A model generated the notes under the pieces. The model saw only the letters and a program-made list of their open reading frames with translations. It had not been told where the DNA came from and did not search any database. Of a stretch of DNA of 62,754 bases, positions 29,202 through 37,580 are shown in pieces. Source of the stretch: a virus; the IMG/VR virus record IMGVR_UViG_3300025324_000001, positions 1 to 62,754 of that record; one strand, 5' to 3'. Made by a program: the position numbers and the translations under genes. The number at the start of each line of letters is the position of its first letter. Position 1 is the first letter of the stretch.

Positions 29202-31697
29202 TTAAAGTTGGCTACTATGCAGCTTTAACCACTTGTCGTACGATGTTGCTAGCCCCCAGTGAGTCCCGATCTTGACGTCTACAACGAACTTAATCGGAGT
29301 ACTAATCCACTTAGTAGGCACCTCCTCCATAGTTTCCTTGATGATGCCTGAAACTTGCTGGATCCTGTTGTGCGAATCAGCAGGACACTCTGTAAGTGTT
29401 GAGTCGTGGATCAGGTTAACGAGGTAGGCACCTTCCTTCTTGAGCTTGGGGGCCATCTCCATACCAGAGTGAATGGTAAAGTCAGAAACTGGACTCTGCA
29501 TATGGAAGTTGGCAAACTCGTTCTGAATCCCTTTCAACCGTTCTGCCCCAACGACTCCTGGCCGGCGCTTACGTCCGAAGACTGTTACTAACGTCCGACC
29601 TTCGCGAGGTGCTCTCCGACAGTTTGCAATGAACTTTGCAGCACCCGGAGCTCGCGCAAACCATGCATCAATCAATCTTTGTGCTTCCTGCCCGGGAATA
29701 TCGTGCTCTTCCGCTACGGAGAACGCTTCACGACCATACGGTATACCAAAGTTGATCGCCTTAGCACGGATCCTCTGATGCATGTCAAAGTTCGGGCCGT
29801 ACATTGCTACTGACACTTCATCGTGCAAGTTCCGTTTGCCGTCTAGAAAAACGCTAGTAAGAAATTCGTCCTGCGACAGAGCTCCGAGCATTCGGAGTTC
29901 CGCCATGTTATAGTCGCCTTCGATCAGAACGCTTCCAGGCCTAGCACGGTACATTCGACGGAATCTCGGCTCTCGAGGAATGTTCTGAATGTTAGGCTCT
30001 GAGCTCGATAACCTTCCAGTGGGAGTAACATGTAGTTTGAACGTTGTATGTATACGATCGCCGACGGCTAGCTTCTCGATGGCCGCTACATAAGTCGACA
30101 GCATCTTCGTAACAGATCTATACTTCCGGATAAGCTTTACTGCTGGATGCGCAGGTAGCTTATCTAGAGTCTCCTTCCGGGTATCCGTTGGTCTCTTACC
30201 TTTGATCCTTAAACCATACCCGTCGTAGAGTAATGCAGCTACTTCGCCGGGGCTGTTCGGGTTGATCTTATAGCCTACCAACTTAGTAAGCTGTTCCTCG
30301 ATCTGAACGAGCTCCTGTTCTAAGCCGATTTCACTTTCGAGAGATGTCACTAGTCCTTTAGCTACATCATCAGGAGTAGCACCTGATCTATTGATCCTCA
30401 CATAGTCCCAGTCTATATGGATGCCGTACATCTCAATGCCAGCCAGGAGATGAGACGCCGGAATAAGAGTCTTAGAGTAGAGCAGCTCAAGTTTTGGATC
30501 TGCGGCTATTAGAGGCCTCTTGTGGCGATGAACGAGATAAGTCTTCTTCAAGTCCTTCGCCAAGTAGTCGAAAAGTACCGGCTCAGGGACGTTAGCGTAG
30601 GAGTCGGACTTTTTCGGAGCCCACTTCTTGAGCATATGCTTGTGCTCAGGGATCCCTAGATCATTCTTGGCTTGCTCATCGAGATCGTGGTCCTTTGTCG
30701 CTTCCGACAGGGCGTAGCTCTCTAATCCTGTGTCCTCGTAGTTGGCACATTCACCTTTCCGTAAGATGCCAGCTTGAGTGAGGAACTTCTCATCAAACTT
30801 ACCGAACTGCCAAACGAAACGGAGACCGGCAGAAAGCAGAAACCGGCGAAGATAGTGTCTGTACGCTCCATCAAGTGACCTTCCAGGAACTATAGCCGCG
30901 CAGTCGCCCTTATCCCGGATATAGAATCCTATACACAGGATCCTATCCGTCAGATAGTTGAACCCTGATGTCTCAATATCAGCGGCTACCTCAACTGGAG
31001 CCAATTTCCTAACCTTCTTCGCGTACTTGACGAAGTCCTCGAGACGTTCTAGTACGACGTTGTCAGGATCTTCCCATAGATGGTCTCTGACTGTGATCTC
31101 CTTGCCGAACGCGAGATCAATTGCTAGAGATAGGTCGTCTCGGAACACTTTAGGATTGCCTGACCCACGAAGCAGATAGGCAGGATGAACGCTCGGCACC
31201 ACTGTTACTTCAGCTCCAGTCTCCGGATCGGATATAGCATAGACCTCACCGCGCCTTTGCGTTATCTTGTAGTTATAGTCCATTGTAAGGACTGAGTTCG
31301 ACCAAGCTCCTAGAGCTAGAACGCATTTGCGTGGATGTGAAAATATCTGTCCTAGAACTCTCTGCCGACACGCAGAACAGGCTCTAGCCTTGTACTCCTT
31401 ATCCCGCTGTTGGTTAGCAGTCTTTGGCGGACGACACTGCATCGCATTGATAATATACGCGTCGTCGAAGTCAAACCAGTCAGGAACGCATTTGTCCAGG
31501 AGGTCCCCGCTAGGTCCACAGATAGGAGCCCCGTACTTTAGCTCCTCAGAGCCTGGCGCCTCTAGGATGATAACAAGGGGACTCTTCGGGTCTCCTCTCG
31601 CTCCAACCCGACGAGAGCCAAACATTGGACATGCTGGGCACGGCTCAGGAGGAAACTTCTTATGAGGAAGCGGAAGGAGGCGATTAAACTGTGTCAC
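29202..31697 (-). CDS. polA: DNA polymerase I family (3'-5' exo plus PolA) with an N-terminal family-4 uracil-DNA glycosylase-like domain
   Basis: UDG-like: CPACPMFG, ILEAPGSEE...GPSGDLL, VHPAYLLR. Pol motifs: DYNMAELRML, KAINFGIPYG, LIHDS. Confidence 0.8.
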   Translation of the reverse strand: MTQFNRLLPLPHKKFPPEPCPACPMFGSRRVGARGDPKSPLVIILEAPGSEELKYGAPICGPSGDLLDKCVPDWFDFDDAYIINAMQCRPPKTANQQRDKEYKARACSACRQRVLGQIFSHPRKCVLALGAWSNSVLTMDYNYKITQRRGEVYAISDPETGAEVTVVPSVHPAYLLRGSGNPKVFRDDLSLAIDLAFGKEITVRDHLWEDPDNVVLERLEDFVKYAKKVRKLAPVEVAADIETSGFNYLTDRILCIGFYIRDKGDCAAIVPGRSLDGAYRHYLRRFLLSAGLRFVWQFGKFDEKFLTQAGILRKGECANYEDTGLESYALSEATKDHDLDEQAKNDLGIPEHKHMLKKWAPKKSDSYANVPEPVLFDYLAKDLKKTYLVHRHKRPLIAADPKLELLYSKTLIPASHLLAGIEMYGIHIDWDYVRINRSGATPDDVAKGLVTSLESEIGLEQELVQIEEQLTKLVGYKINPNSPGEVAALLYDGYGLRIKGKRPTDTRKETLDKLPAHPAVKLIRKYRSVTKMLSTYVAAIEKLAVGDRIHTTFKLHVTPTGRLSSSEPNIQNIPREPRFRRMYRARPGSVLIEGDYNMAELRMLGALSQDEFLTSVFLDGKRNLHDEVSVAMYGPNFDMHQRIRAKAINFGIPYGREAFSVAEEHDIPGQEAQRLIDAWFARAPGAAKFIANCRRAPREGRTLVTVFGRKRRPGVVGAERLKGIQNEFANFHMQSPVSDFTIHSGMEMAPKLKKEGAYLVNLIHDSTLTECPADSHNRIQQVSGIIKETMEEVPTKWISTPIKFVVDVKIGTHWGLATSYDKWLKLHSSQL

Positions 31698-31711
31698 AGC
31701 AGTTTCGTCAG

Positions 31712-32560
31712 TTACCGCCAGATGAGTTGGCGAAACTCAGTCATATTACGCTGTATCGCGCCCCTTCGGCTATGCCAGAGGTCATCGAGTGGAGTGTTCC
31801 AGAAATCGCCTCTCGGCCCTACCCTCTCCGACCACTGTTTGTCATGTAGATCAAGAGTGTATCCTTTCAAGCCGGCTCTTATCGGAACGTTGGAGTCGAT
31901 GCCTTGAACAAACGGCATACGAGCGCAGCTCACATCGTCGAGTACATCATCGGAGAACCCAAGCAGGTGAACTCCTTTGAAAGGCTGCCAAACATTTCCT
32001 CCGCTTAGATGGTACATGATAGATGCGATGCAGCAGAGAACGTCCATCCGAGAGCCGTGTTGCTTGACTAGAACGCGAGGTATCCCGATATACTCCACCA
32101 TCGGCAGCGTGTAGTATAGCGCAATTGATTCCATGGCACTTTCGATGGTGTCCCCCTGAACTACTCCCATCAGAGCAGGAGCCCCTGTCAAACCTCCATA
32201 CCACATCTCATCGTGCCGAAACTGTGCGTATTCGCGGGCAAACTTGATCGCCATTTTGCGCGTCTCAAGACCGTCGCCCATCTTGTCGGGTATGACGATG
32301 CAATCAGGGCGTACGATTGCTGCTGCTGCTGTCAAGCTATCGAGACCCATTGGATAGCCGAGCTCGACTATAGAGTTGTCCAAGATTATAAATGTGTCCC
32401 CCCGGAGCGAACGGACTCGAGAGTACGTTCTTCGGTACTCCTCAGGGTAGGTGAGAATGTCGTGCGCTAATAGCAGATGGTAACTTCCAAGGTAGTCGAG
32501 CTTGCCTACCTGAAGAGCCTCTGCCATATGAATTGGAACTACCGGAGCAAATCTTGACAC
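31712..32560 (-). CDS. dpdA: DpdA-like DNA (7-deazaguanine) transglycosylase, TGT-fold
   Basis: 282 aa. TGT-like motifs ILDNS, LMGVVQGD, VHLLGFS. Adjacent to the preQ0 synthesis genes. Confidence 0.65.
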   Translation of the reverse strand: MSRFAPVVPIHMAEALQVGKLDYLGSYHLLLAHDILTYPEEYRRTYSRVRSLRGDTFIILDNSIVELGYPMGLDSLTAAAAIVRPDCIVIPDKMGDGLETRKMAIKFAREYAQFRHDEMWYGGLTGAPALMGVVQGDTIESAMESIALYYTLPMVEYIGIPRVLVKQHGSRMDVLCCIASIMYHLSGGNVWQPFKGVHLLGFSDDVLDDVSCARMPFVQGIDSNVPIRAGLKGYTLDLHDKQWSERVGPRGDFWNTPLDDLWHSRRGAIQRNMTEFRQLIWR

Positions 32561-32610
32561 TGTGGCCCCCTGTCTGCACCTATCAAGCGAAAATCCATCC
32601 GATAAACGAT

Positions 32611-32640
32611 ATTATAAAGTAGTCCTTATAGTGGTCTCAA
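32611..32640 (-). promoter_or_regulatory. Sigma70-like promoter P7 (TTGAGA-18-TATAAT) upstream of dpdA-polA
   Basis: Minus strand reads gacTTGAGAccactataaggactacttTATAATatcg. Confidence 0.55.
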
Positions 32641-32659
32641 GTCTCCGCCCACAAATTGA

Positions 32660-33289
32660 CTATGTCTTGCTTTCCAGTCTCACAAGCTGGAAGAATTCGT
32701 CCTTTGCTGCTGGAACATCCCGGAAGAGACCTCTGAGAGTCGAAGTGGACGTCGGAGTGTCATGCACTTGTACTCCGCGCCCCGTCATGCAGCCATGATC
32801 GGCTTTGATCACCACCATTACACCTTTTGCTCTGAGCCGACTCATCAGAATGTCAGCAACGAGGTCTGTACACGTTTCCTGCATCCGAGGCATCTCGTGG
32901 CCGACAGCTGCAACGATTCGGGTGAGCTTCGAGATTCCCACGAGTCTCTCTGTAGGAATATAACCAATATGGCATATTCCTAGAACTGGCAAGAGATGGT
33001 GAGGACAGATCGTACGAAAGGGAATATTACTCTGGACCACCATCCCCTTGTAGCCCTGCTCAGAGTGAGTTGATGTGAAGTCGACCTTCAGAACCTCCCT
33101 CTCGTCGTATGGTCTGAGGTACTCTCGAAGGTACTTGACAAACCTCTCCGGAGTACCGTTGAAATTCTCGTCCATCAGATCAAACCCGAGAGTCTCGAGA
33201 ACCGCCGCCATCAAATTGGAGGCCTCTAGAATCGGACTTCCTTTTTTGCGCCTTGCCATTTGTTTCCCCTGCCTAATTGGTTTGGCCAT
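32660..33289 (-). CDS. folE: GTP cyclohydrolase I
   Basis: ICPHHLLPVLG and VVIKADHGCMTGRGV motifs. Confidence 0.85.
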   Translation of the reverse strand: MAKPIRQGKQMARRKKGSPILEASNLMAAVLETLGFDLMDENFNGTPERFVKYLREYLRPYDEREVLKVDFTSTHSEQGYKGMVVQSNIPFRTICPHHLLPVLGICHIGYIPTERLVGISKLTRIVAAVGHEMPRMQETCTDLVADILMSRLRAKGVMVVIKADHGCMTGRGVQVHDTPTSTSTLRGLFRDVPAAKDEFFQLVRLESKT

Positions 33290-34092
33290 TATGGTAGCCT
33301 TAAGAACTTGTGCAGTTGTAGACTAACACGGTAATTGTACTTCATCGCGAGTACTCCGCACAGCTGAATGTTACGCTGGGAGCGCTCTTCATCCCTTACT
33401 TGCTTAGTAAACTTCTGGTCGGACATCTCGTCCAGACTCAAAGCAAAGGCAGCAGGAATGTGAACAATGTTCTTGTACTCTTCACATGGCTGAAGCCATA
33501 TAGTGTTGTGGCTATATATTTCTGGCCGATAGAGCTTCAGCTTCTTTCCAGGCTCTTGAGTGCTCATAATCGGAAGACCATCGACTGGTGACACCTCCCC
33601 TTCCCGGATAAGATACTTCCAGTTCCAACAGTGCTGGGCAATCTTCTCGTGCACCTTTCCTGTCTTAGGGCTGCACACAATTGTCAAAGCGTCGATACCT
33701 ATGTAATCTTCTAGTCCTGGTACCCAAACAGTACCAGCCGTTTCGATCTGGATTCTGAACCCGAGGTCGCTCAACTTGTCACAGAGGAAAACAATGTTCT
33801 GAAGAAGTGGTTCTCCTCCAGTAACAACTACTAAGTCCGTCTCTGTAATCTTGTCCGTAGCAGCGTGTTCCTGAATTTCGCGGACGATAGAGTCGACGTT
33901 CATCGCTTTCTTGCGGCTCTCGAAGTCCGTATCGCAGAAGTGACATCGAAGGTTGCATCCTGCAAGCCGTAGGAAAACTGCAGGCTGACCAGTAAAAGGG
34001 CCTTCGCCTTGGATGGTGGAGAAGATACTCTGAACCTCCAGCTCGAGACCAGTACCGAGATGCTGTCTTCTAATTGGGTTCTTGCCGAACAC
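33289..34092 (-). CDS. queE: 7-carboxy-7-deazaguanine synthase (radical SAM)
   Basis: GEGPFTGQPAVFLRLAGCNLRCHFCDT. Confidence 0.85.
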   Translation of the reverse strand: MFGKNPIRRQHLGTGLELEVQSIFSTIQGEGPFTGQPAVFLRLAGCNLRCHFCDTDFESRKKAMNVDSIVREIQEHAATDKITETDLVVVTGGEPLLQNIVFLCDKLSDLGFRIQIETAGTVWVPGLEDYIGIDALTIVCSPKTGKVHEKIAQHCWNWKYLIREGEVSPVDGLPIMSTQEPGKKLKLYRPEIYSHNTIWLQPCEEYKNIVHIPAAFALSLDEMSDQKFTKQVRDEERSQRNIQLCGVLAMKYNYRVSLQLHKFLRLP

Positions 34093-34562
34093 TACAGCCC
34101 CCTCTCAAAGCGCCTCTTCACCAGCTCATCGATTAGAACGTCAGGAAGATTACTTGCTGAGGCAGAACACTTACGAGTCTCCTCCACCGACACTTTGATC
34201 AGAGCAACTCCTGTCCCTTCGAGCAGTTGAGGCCCCATAATCCGGAGAAGAAAATCTGCCATCTTCTCCGCGGTAGGATTAAAAGGTAGAATGACAACAG
34301 TTCCATCCAACGCCCGCAAAGGCTCTGCTAGAGGATCCTCTTGCCAGATAAGGAACTTATGATCCCAGTTATTCTCGAGCCACATACAGAGCCGGCTCTT
34401 GATCACTGAGAAGTCGAGTACTCGGCCAACAGTATCGAGCTCTGGGGAAGCACAAACGAAGTGAACTCGGTAGTTATGTCCGTGGAGATGTGCACATTTT
34501 GACTCGTGTCCAAACACACGGTGACCACACGAGATATCGTGATACCGCTCAGCGGTGATCAT
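34092..34562 (-). CDS. queD: 6-carboxy-5,6,7,8-tetrahydropterin synthase
   Basis: CAHLHGHNYRVHF motif; 156 aa. Confidence 0.8.
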   Translation of the reverse strand: MITAERYHDISCGHRVFGHESKCAHLHGHNYRVHFVCASPELDTVGRVLDFSVIKSRLCMWLENNWDHKFLIWQEDPLAEPLRALDGTVVILPFNPTAEKMADFLLRIMGPQLLEGTGVALIKVSVEETRKCSASASNLPDVLIDELVKRRFERGL

Positions 34563-34627
34563 TTTCTTTCCTCGGATAGTAGAGAGACCAGAGCATAAGC
34601 GCCAACCTAACCGCTGAAGCGAGCGGC

Positions 34628-35368
34628 TTAAGCTGCGGAGTAGACGGTGGGATCGACGACACCGGCCTTTGTAAAACCCGCCTTACGCGCACGACACGTT
34701 GGACACGTACCACAGTGCACCTCCCCACCTTTGTAACAACTCCACGTTAGATGCCAAGGCACACCAAGCTTCTGCCCTAGCTCCACAATCTCGTTCTTGT
34801 ACATCTCGATCAGAGGCGCTTTGAGCCGGATAGAGTGGTAAGTACCGATATAGACAGCCGCTGCCATTGCCCCGACGAAGTCGAGCCTGCAGTCCGGATA
34901 GGCGTCGCCAGCTGCATCTTCAGCATGTGCCCCGAAGTAGATCCGACCTTCCCACTTGGCGCCTGCGCCTACCACACTGGCAGCTCTTTTCGCAATCGCG
35001 ATGTTTCTGTTTATCTGCTCGATGCTATGAGCTGCAATCCCGGCGATCCGCGAAATGAGCTGACCGTTTCTGAATGGCACATACGTCGGACTCACTCCCT
35101 GGATCTCCTGATAGGAGATGTTCGGGACTTCAGCTGAAGGATCGGTAAGCATCACCTTCGGGATGCCAATAATCGGATGAATCTCGTGTACAACTGACAT
35201 GTAGTCGCACACCCTCTTTGCCATCTCCATCTCCTTCCGGTGCCGCTGACCGTAGTCGATCGAGATAGCGAGAACATTCTCGCGGCCGTAATCGCGAACT
35301 GCAACTGCTAAACAAGTCGAACTGTCGATACCCCCCGACAAGAGTACAAAGCCTTGAACTAAGTTCAC
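34628..35368 (-). CDS. queC: 7-cyano-7-deazaguanine (preQ0) synthase
   Basis: VLLSGGIDSSTC PP-loop and the C-terminal CYKGGEVHCGTCPTCRARK zinc motif. Confidence 0.85.
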   Translation of the reverse strand: MNLVQGFVLLSGGIDSSTCLAVAVRDYGRENVLAISIDYGQRHRKEMEMAKRVCDYMSVVHEIHPIIGIPKVMLTDPSAEVPNISYQEIQGVSPTYVPFRNGQLISRIAGIAAHSIEQINRNIAIAKRAASVVGAGAKWEGRIYFGAHAEDAAGDAYPDCRLDFVGAMAAAVYIGTYHSIRLKAPLIEMYKNEIVELGQKLGVPWHLTWSCYKGGEVHCGTCPTCRARKAGFTKAGVVDPTVYSAA

Positions 35369-35518
35369 ATCGCCTCCGCTCTACCATCAGAAGAGAAACC
35401 ACATCTCGCCTGGAATCTGAACTCCGCCGGAGTCACGCTCATTTCCAGGCCCACTCCGATCGTATTAGCCGATATTCTGGTTATCCGAGACGTGGGACAT
35501 TGCACACCGTTCCAGGCG

Positions 35519-36049
35519 CTAGGTCTGGAGGAACGAGCCGCCGGCACCTTCGTCGGGCGGGAGCACGTCGCGTACATTGTTGCGCGGCTTGCCCTCGTAC
35601 GGCTTGATATCGAGACGGACACGAACCGGCTTGCCGACCAGCACACCCGAATTGGCGATCTCCTCTGGCTTGAACGGCCCATTGAGCAGTTCAGGAGCGA
35701 CCCGCGAGATGACCTTCTTGACCCGCGGCATCATCTGCTCCACGAACGGGGTGTGGAAAAACAGCTTCCTCCCCGACCATTCGCCGGCTTGATCGGTCAG
35801 CTCGAACTTCCACGTCCACATCGGATTGCCGGATGCTTGGCTGAATCCGAAGGTGAGGTCGTCGACGAGCGCCGGATAGATCCCTCTCGGGATCACCGGC
35901 AATTCCACCTCGTCCGGAACTCCGGACAGATCGATCACGAGAGCGCCATTGCCCCCTTCCGTACCGGCTGCTTCTTCGGCGGGAACGGGTTGCTGCGGTG
36001 CTGCTGGCGCGGCTGATTCCTGCGCCTTTTGCGGATTGGCTTTCGCCAT
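35519..36049 (-). CDS. DUF669-family protein (phage ssDNA-binding/recombination accessory, putative)
   Basis: 176 aa. The GIYPALVDDLTFGFSQASGNPMWTWKFEL pattern, next to the AAA_24 ATPase and Cas4-like nuclease, is a typical trio. Confidence 0.6.
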   Translation of the reverse strand: MAKANPQKAQESAAPAAPQQPVPAEEAAGTEGGNGALVIDLSGVPDEVELPVIPRGIYPALVDDLTFGFSQASGNPMWTWKFELTDQAGEWSGRKLFFHTPFVEQMMPRVKKVISRVAPELLNGPFKPEEIANSGVLVGKPVRVRLDIKPYEGKPRNNVRDVLPPDEGAGGSFLQT

Positions 36050-36087
36050 AGCGTTTCCTTTCTGTGGTGTGGTGTATTGACCGGGAT

Positions 36088-36501
36088 TTACCTACTCCAG
36101 AAACTCCCAGGAGCCCGATCTACTCCTAGGTAATCTCTCCACTCGGTTGGCAACTTAACGTTTGAAGGCGCAAGAGCAAATATTGGAGCCACCTCTTCGT
36201 TCTTGTAGCCGGCGCGTCCGCAGCCAATCCGCGTGACCTTGAAAGTTTGCTCAGGATGCTGTTCAGCAAAACTAATGAACTCCTGAACAAACATACGAAT
36301 TTGATCCAGCTTGAGCGGAGTAGCAACGTCCCAGTCTTTGGTAGGAATCGCATAACTCCTACCCTGTAGTCCGAACCCGTTGCCGTATTGAGCTCCGTAT
36401 AACCTCCTCGCGGTTAACGCTGCTCCAGCTCCATGAATTCCAGCCTTATTGGAGCCGAATACAAAGATGTAGTCCGACTCCAGAGCTTTGCCGAGTAACA
36501 C
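36088..36501 (-). CDS. Conserved phage protein with YIFVFGSN-AGIHGAGAA motif (137 aa), function unknown
   Basis: GTG start after gaggaagaac. I recognise the motif pattern from many phage genomes but cannot name the family. Confidence 0.5.
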   Translation of the reverse strand: MLLGKALESDYIFVFGSNKAGIHGAGAALTARRLYGAQYGNGFGLQGRSYAIPTKDWDVATPLKLDQIRMFVQEFISFAEQHPEQTFKVTRIGCGRAGYKNEEVAPIFALAPSNVKLPTEWRDYLGVDRAPGSFWSR

Positions 36502-36512
36502 GTTCTTCCTCG

Positions 36513-37580
36513 TCAGCTCTTGATGATCCCTCTCTCTAGCAGGCCGACACTCTCGAGAATAGTCTTCATCGTAGGTCCGACCCATCCCATGTTCTTGAAG
36601 TTCGAAAACCGGCACTTCGCGTTGATCCTCGGCGACGGTTGCACTTGCATATTGTGGGCCTTGGTATTGTTCTCGCCCTGCGTGACATACATATAGCCGA
36701 CGATGTCCATAAAGCCCTGGCACTGTCTCGCCAACTTTCCGGTGAGAGCCGGCATCCAGATCATCCGCTTAGCGTCATCTTGGACGTAGGCAGCAGCGCA
36801 CGTCATCAGAACATGCATTGGCAAATCACGGTATCCTCGAATTGCTCGGAGTACCTGAGAGTGGTTCCGCTTGAACTCTGTCCACTCAGGATTTGCCAAC
36901 TCTTCATCGATGCGCGTGCGATCGTTCACGCCAAGAAGCTGGTACATCGAGTAAGCTTCGACCTCACTGAGAGAGTCCGTGATCACCGTCCGGAACCTCT
37001 TCGGAGGTGCATCGGGATCGTACTGGTCCTCCGGGATAAGTCTCTTCTCCAACTCCTTGAGTTTGGTGTCCGCCTCTGGAGTATTCTGATCGCGAAGTGC
37101 ACAGTGAAGCTTGAGGTACTCCTGCACTCGCGCATAGACCCTGAAGTCCCTGACGCGCACGACCGTGAAGTGCTGCTTGAAAGCGATAAGCGCCTCGTCC
37201 GTGACAATCGTCAAATCTCCTGCTTCCGCGTCGATGAAGAAGATGTCCCGCATCTCCGGTACGAGAACAGACGAGCCGAGTAACCGCGTTTTACCAGCAC
37301 CATAGTCGCCATAGGCGATCATCTTGAGCCAGCGACTATACTCTTCTAGCCCATGCATCTGGAAAGGAGGACCTGCTGGAACAACAGGCTTTTGTGCCGC
37401 CGCAGCTGGCTGAATAGGGACTTGAGCTTGAACTACGCCAGTCCGATTTCCTCCAGGAACACCTGCTCCGGCGGTAGATGAGTTTCCTGCTCCTCCAGTA
37501 GCTGACCGAGTAACTGTTGGTACTGGACTCCTTCCGGCGGTAGCTGGACTTCCCGCGGCTCTGGTAGGTGCGTTCGCCAT
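36513..37580 (-). CDS. RecA-like ATPase (AAA_24 / Sak4-like)
   Basis: Walker A YGDYGAGKT. Strong RBS gagaaggagcaaatgaaATG. The low-complexity N-terminus overlaps the upstream gene by 148 nt. Confidence 0.65.
   Translation of the reverse strand: MANAPTRAAGSPATAGRSPVPTVTRSATGGAGNSSTAGAGVPGGNRTGVVQAQVPIQPAAAAQKPVVPAGPPFQMHGLEEYSRWLKMIAYGDYGAGKTRLLGSSVLVPEMRDIFFIDAEAGDLTIVTDEALIAFKQHFTVVRVRDFRVYARVQEYLKLHCALRDQNTPEADTKLKELEKRLIPEDQYDPDAPPKRFRTVITDSLSEVEAYSMYQLLGVNDRTRIDEELANPEWTEFKRNHSQVLRAIRGYRDLPMHVLMTCAAAYVQDDAKRMIWMPALTGKLARQCQGFMDIVGYMYVTQGENNTKAHNMQVQPSPRINAKCRFSNFKNMGWVGPTMKTILESVGLLERGIIKS

Noticed and set aside
35369-35518. Class I preQ1 riboswitch upstream of queC.
   Set aside because: The compact hairpin plus A-rich tail and the ACUA-type pseudoknot signature are not visible. 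I kept it only as a generic structured-leader observation pending an Rfam scan.
35365-35682. 105-aa ORF overlapping the 3' end of the DUF669 gene and the queC leader.
   Set aside because: It is an Arg/Ser-rich off-frame translation of a GC-rich gene and has no RBS.
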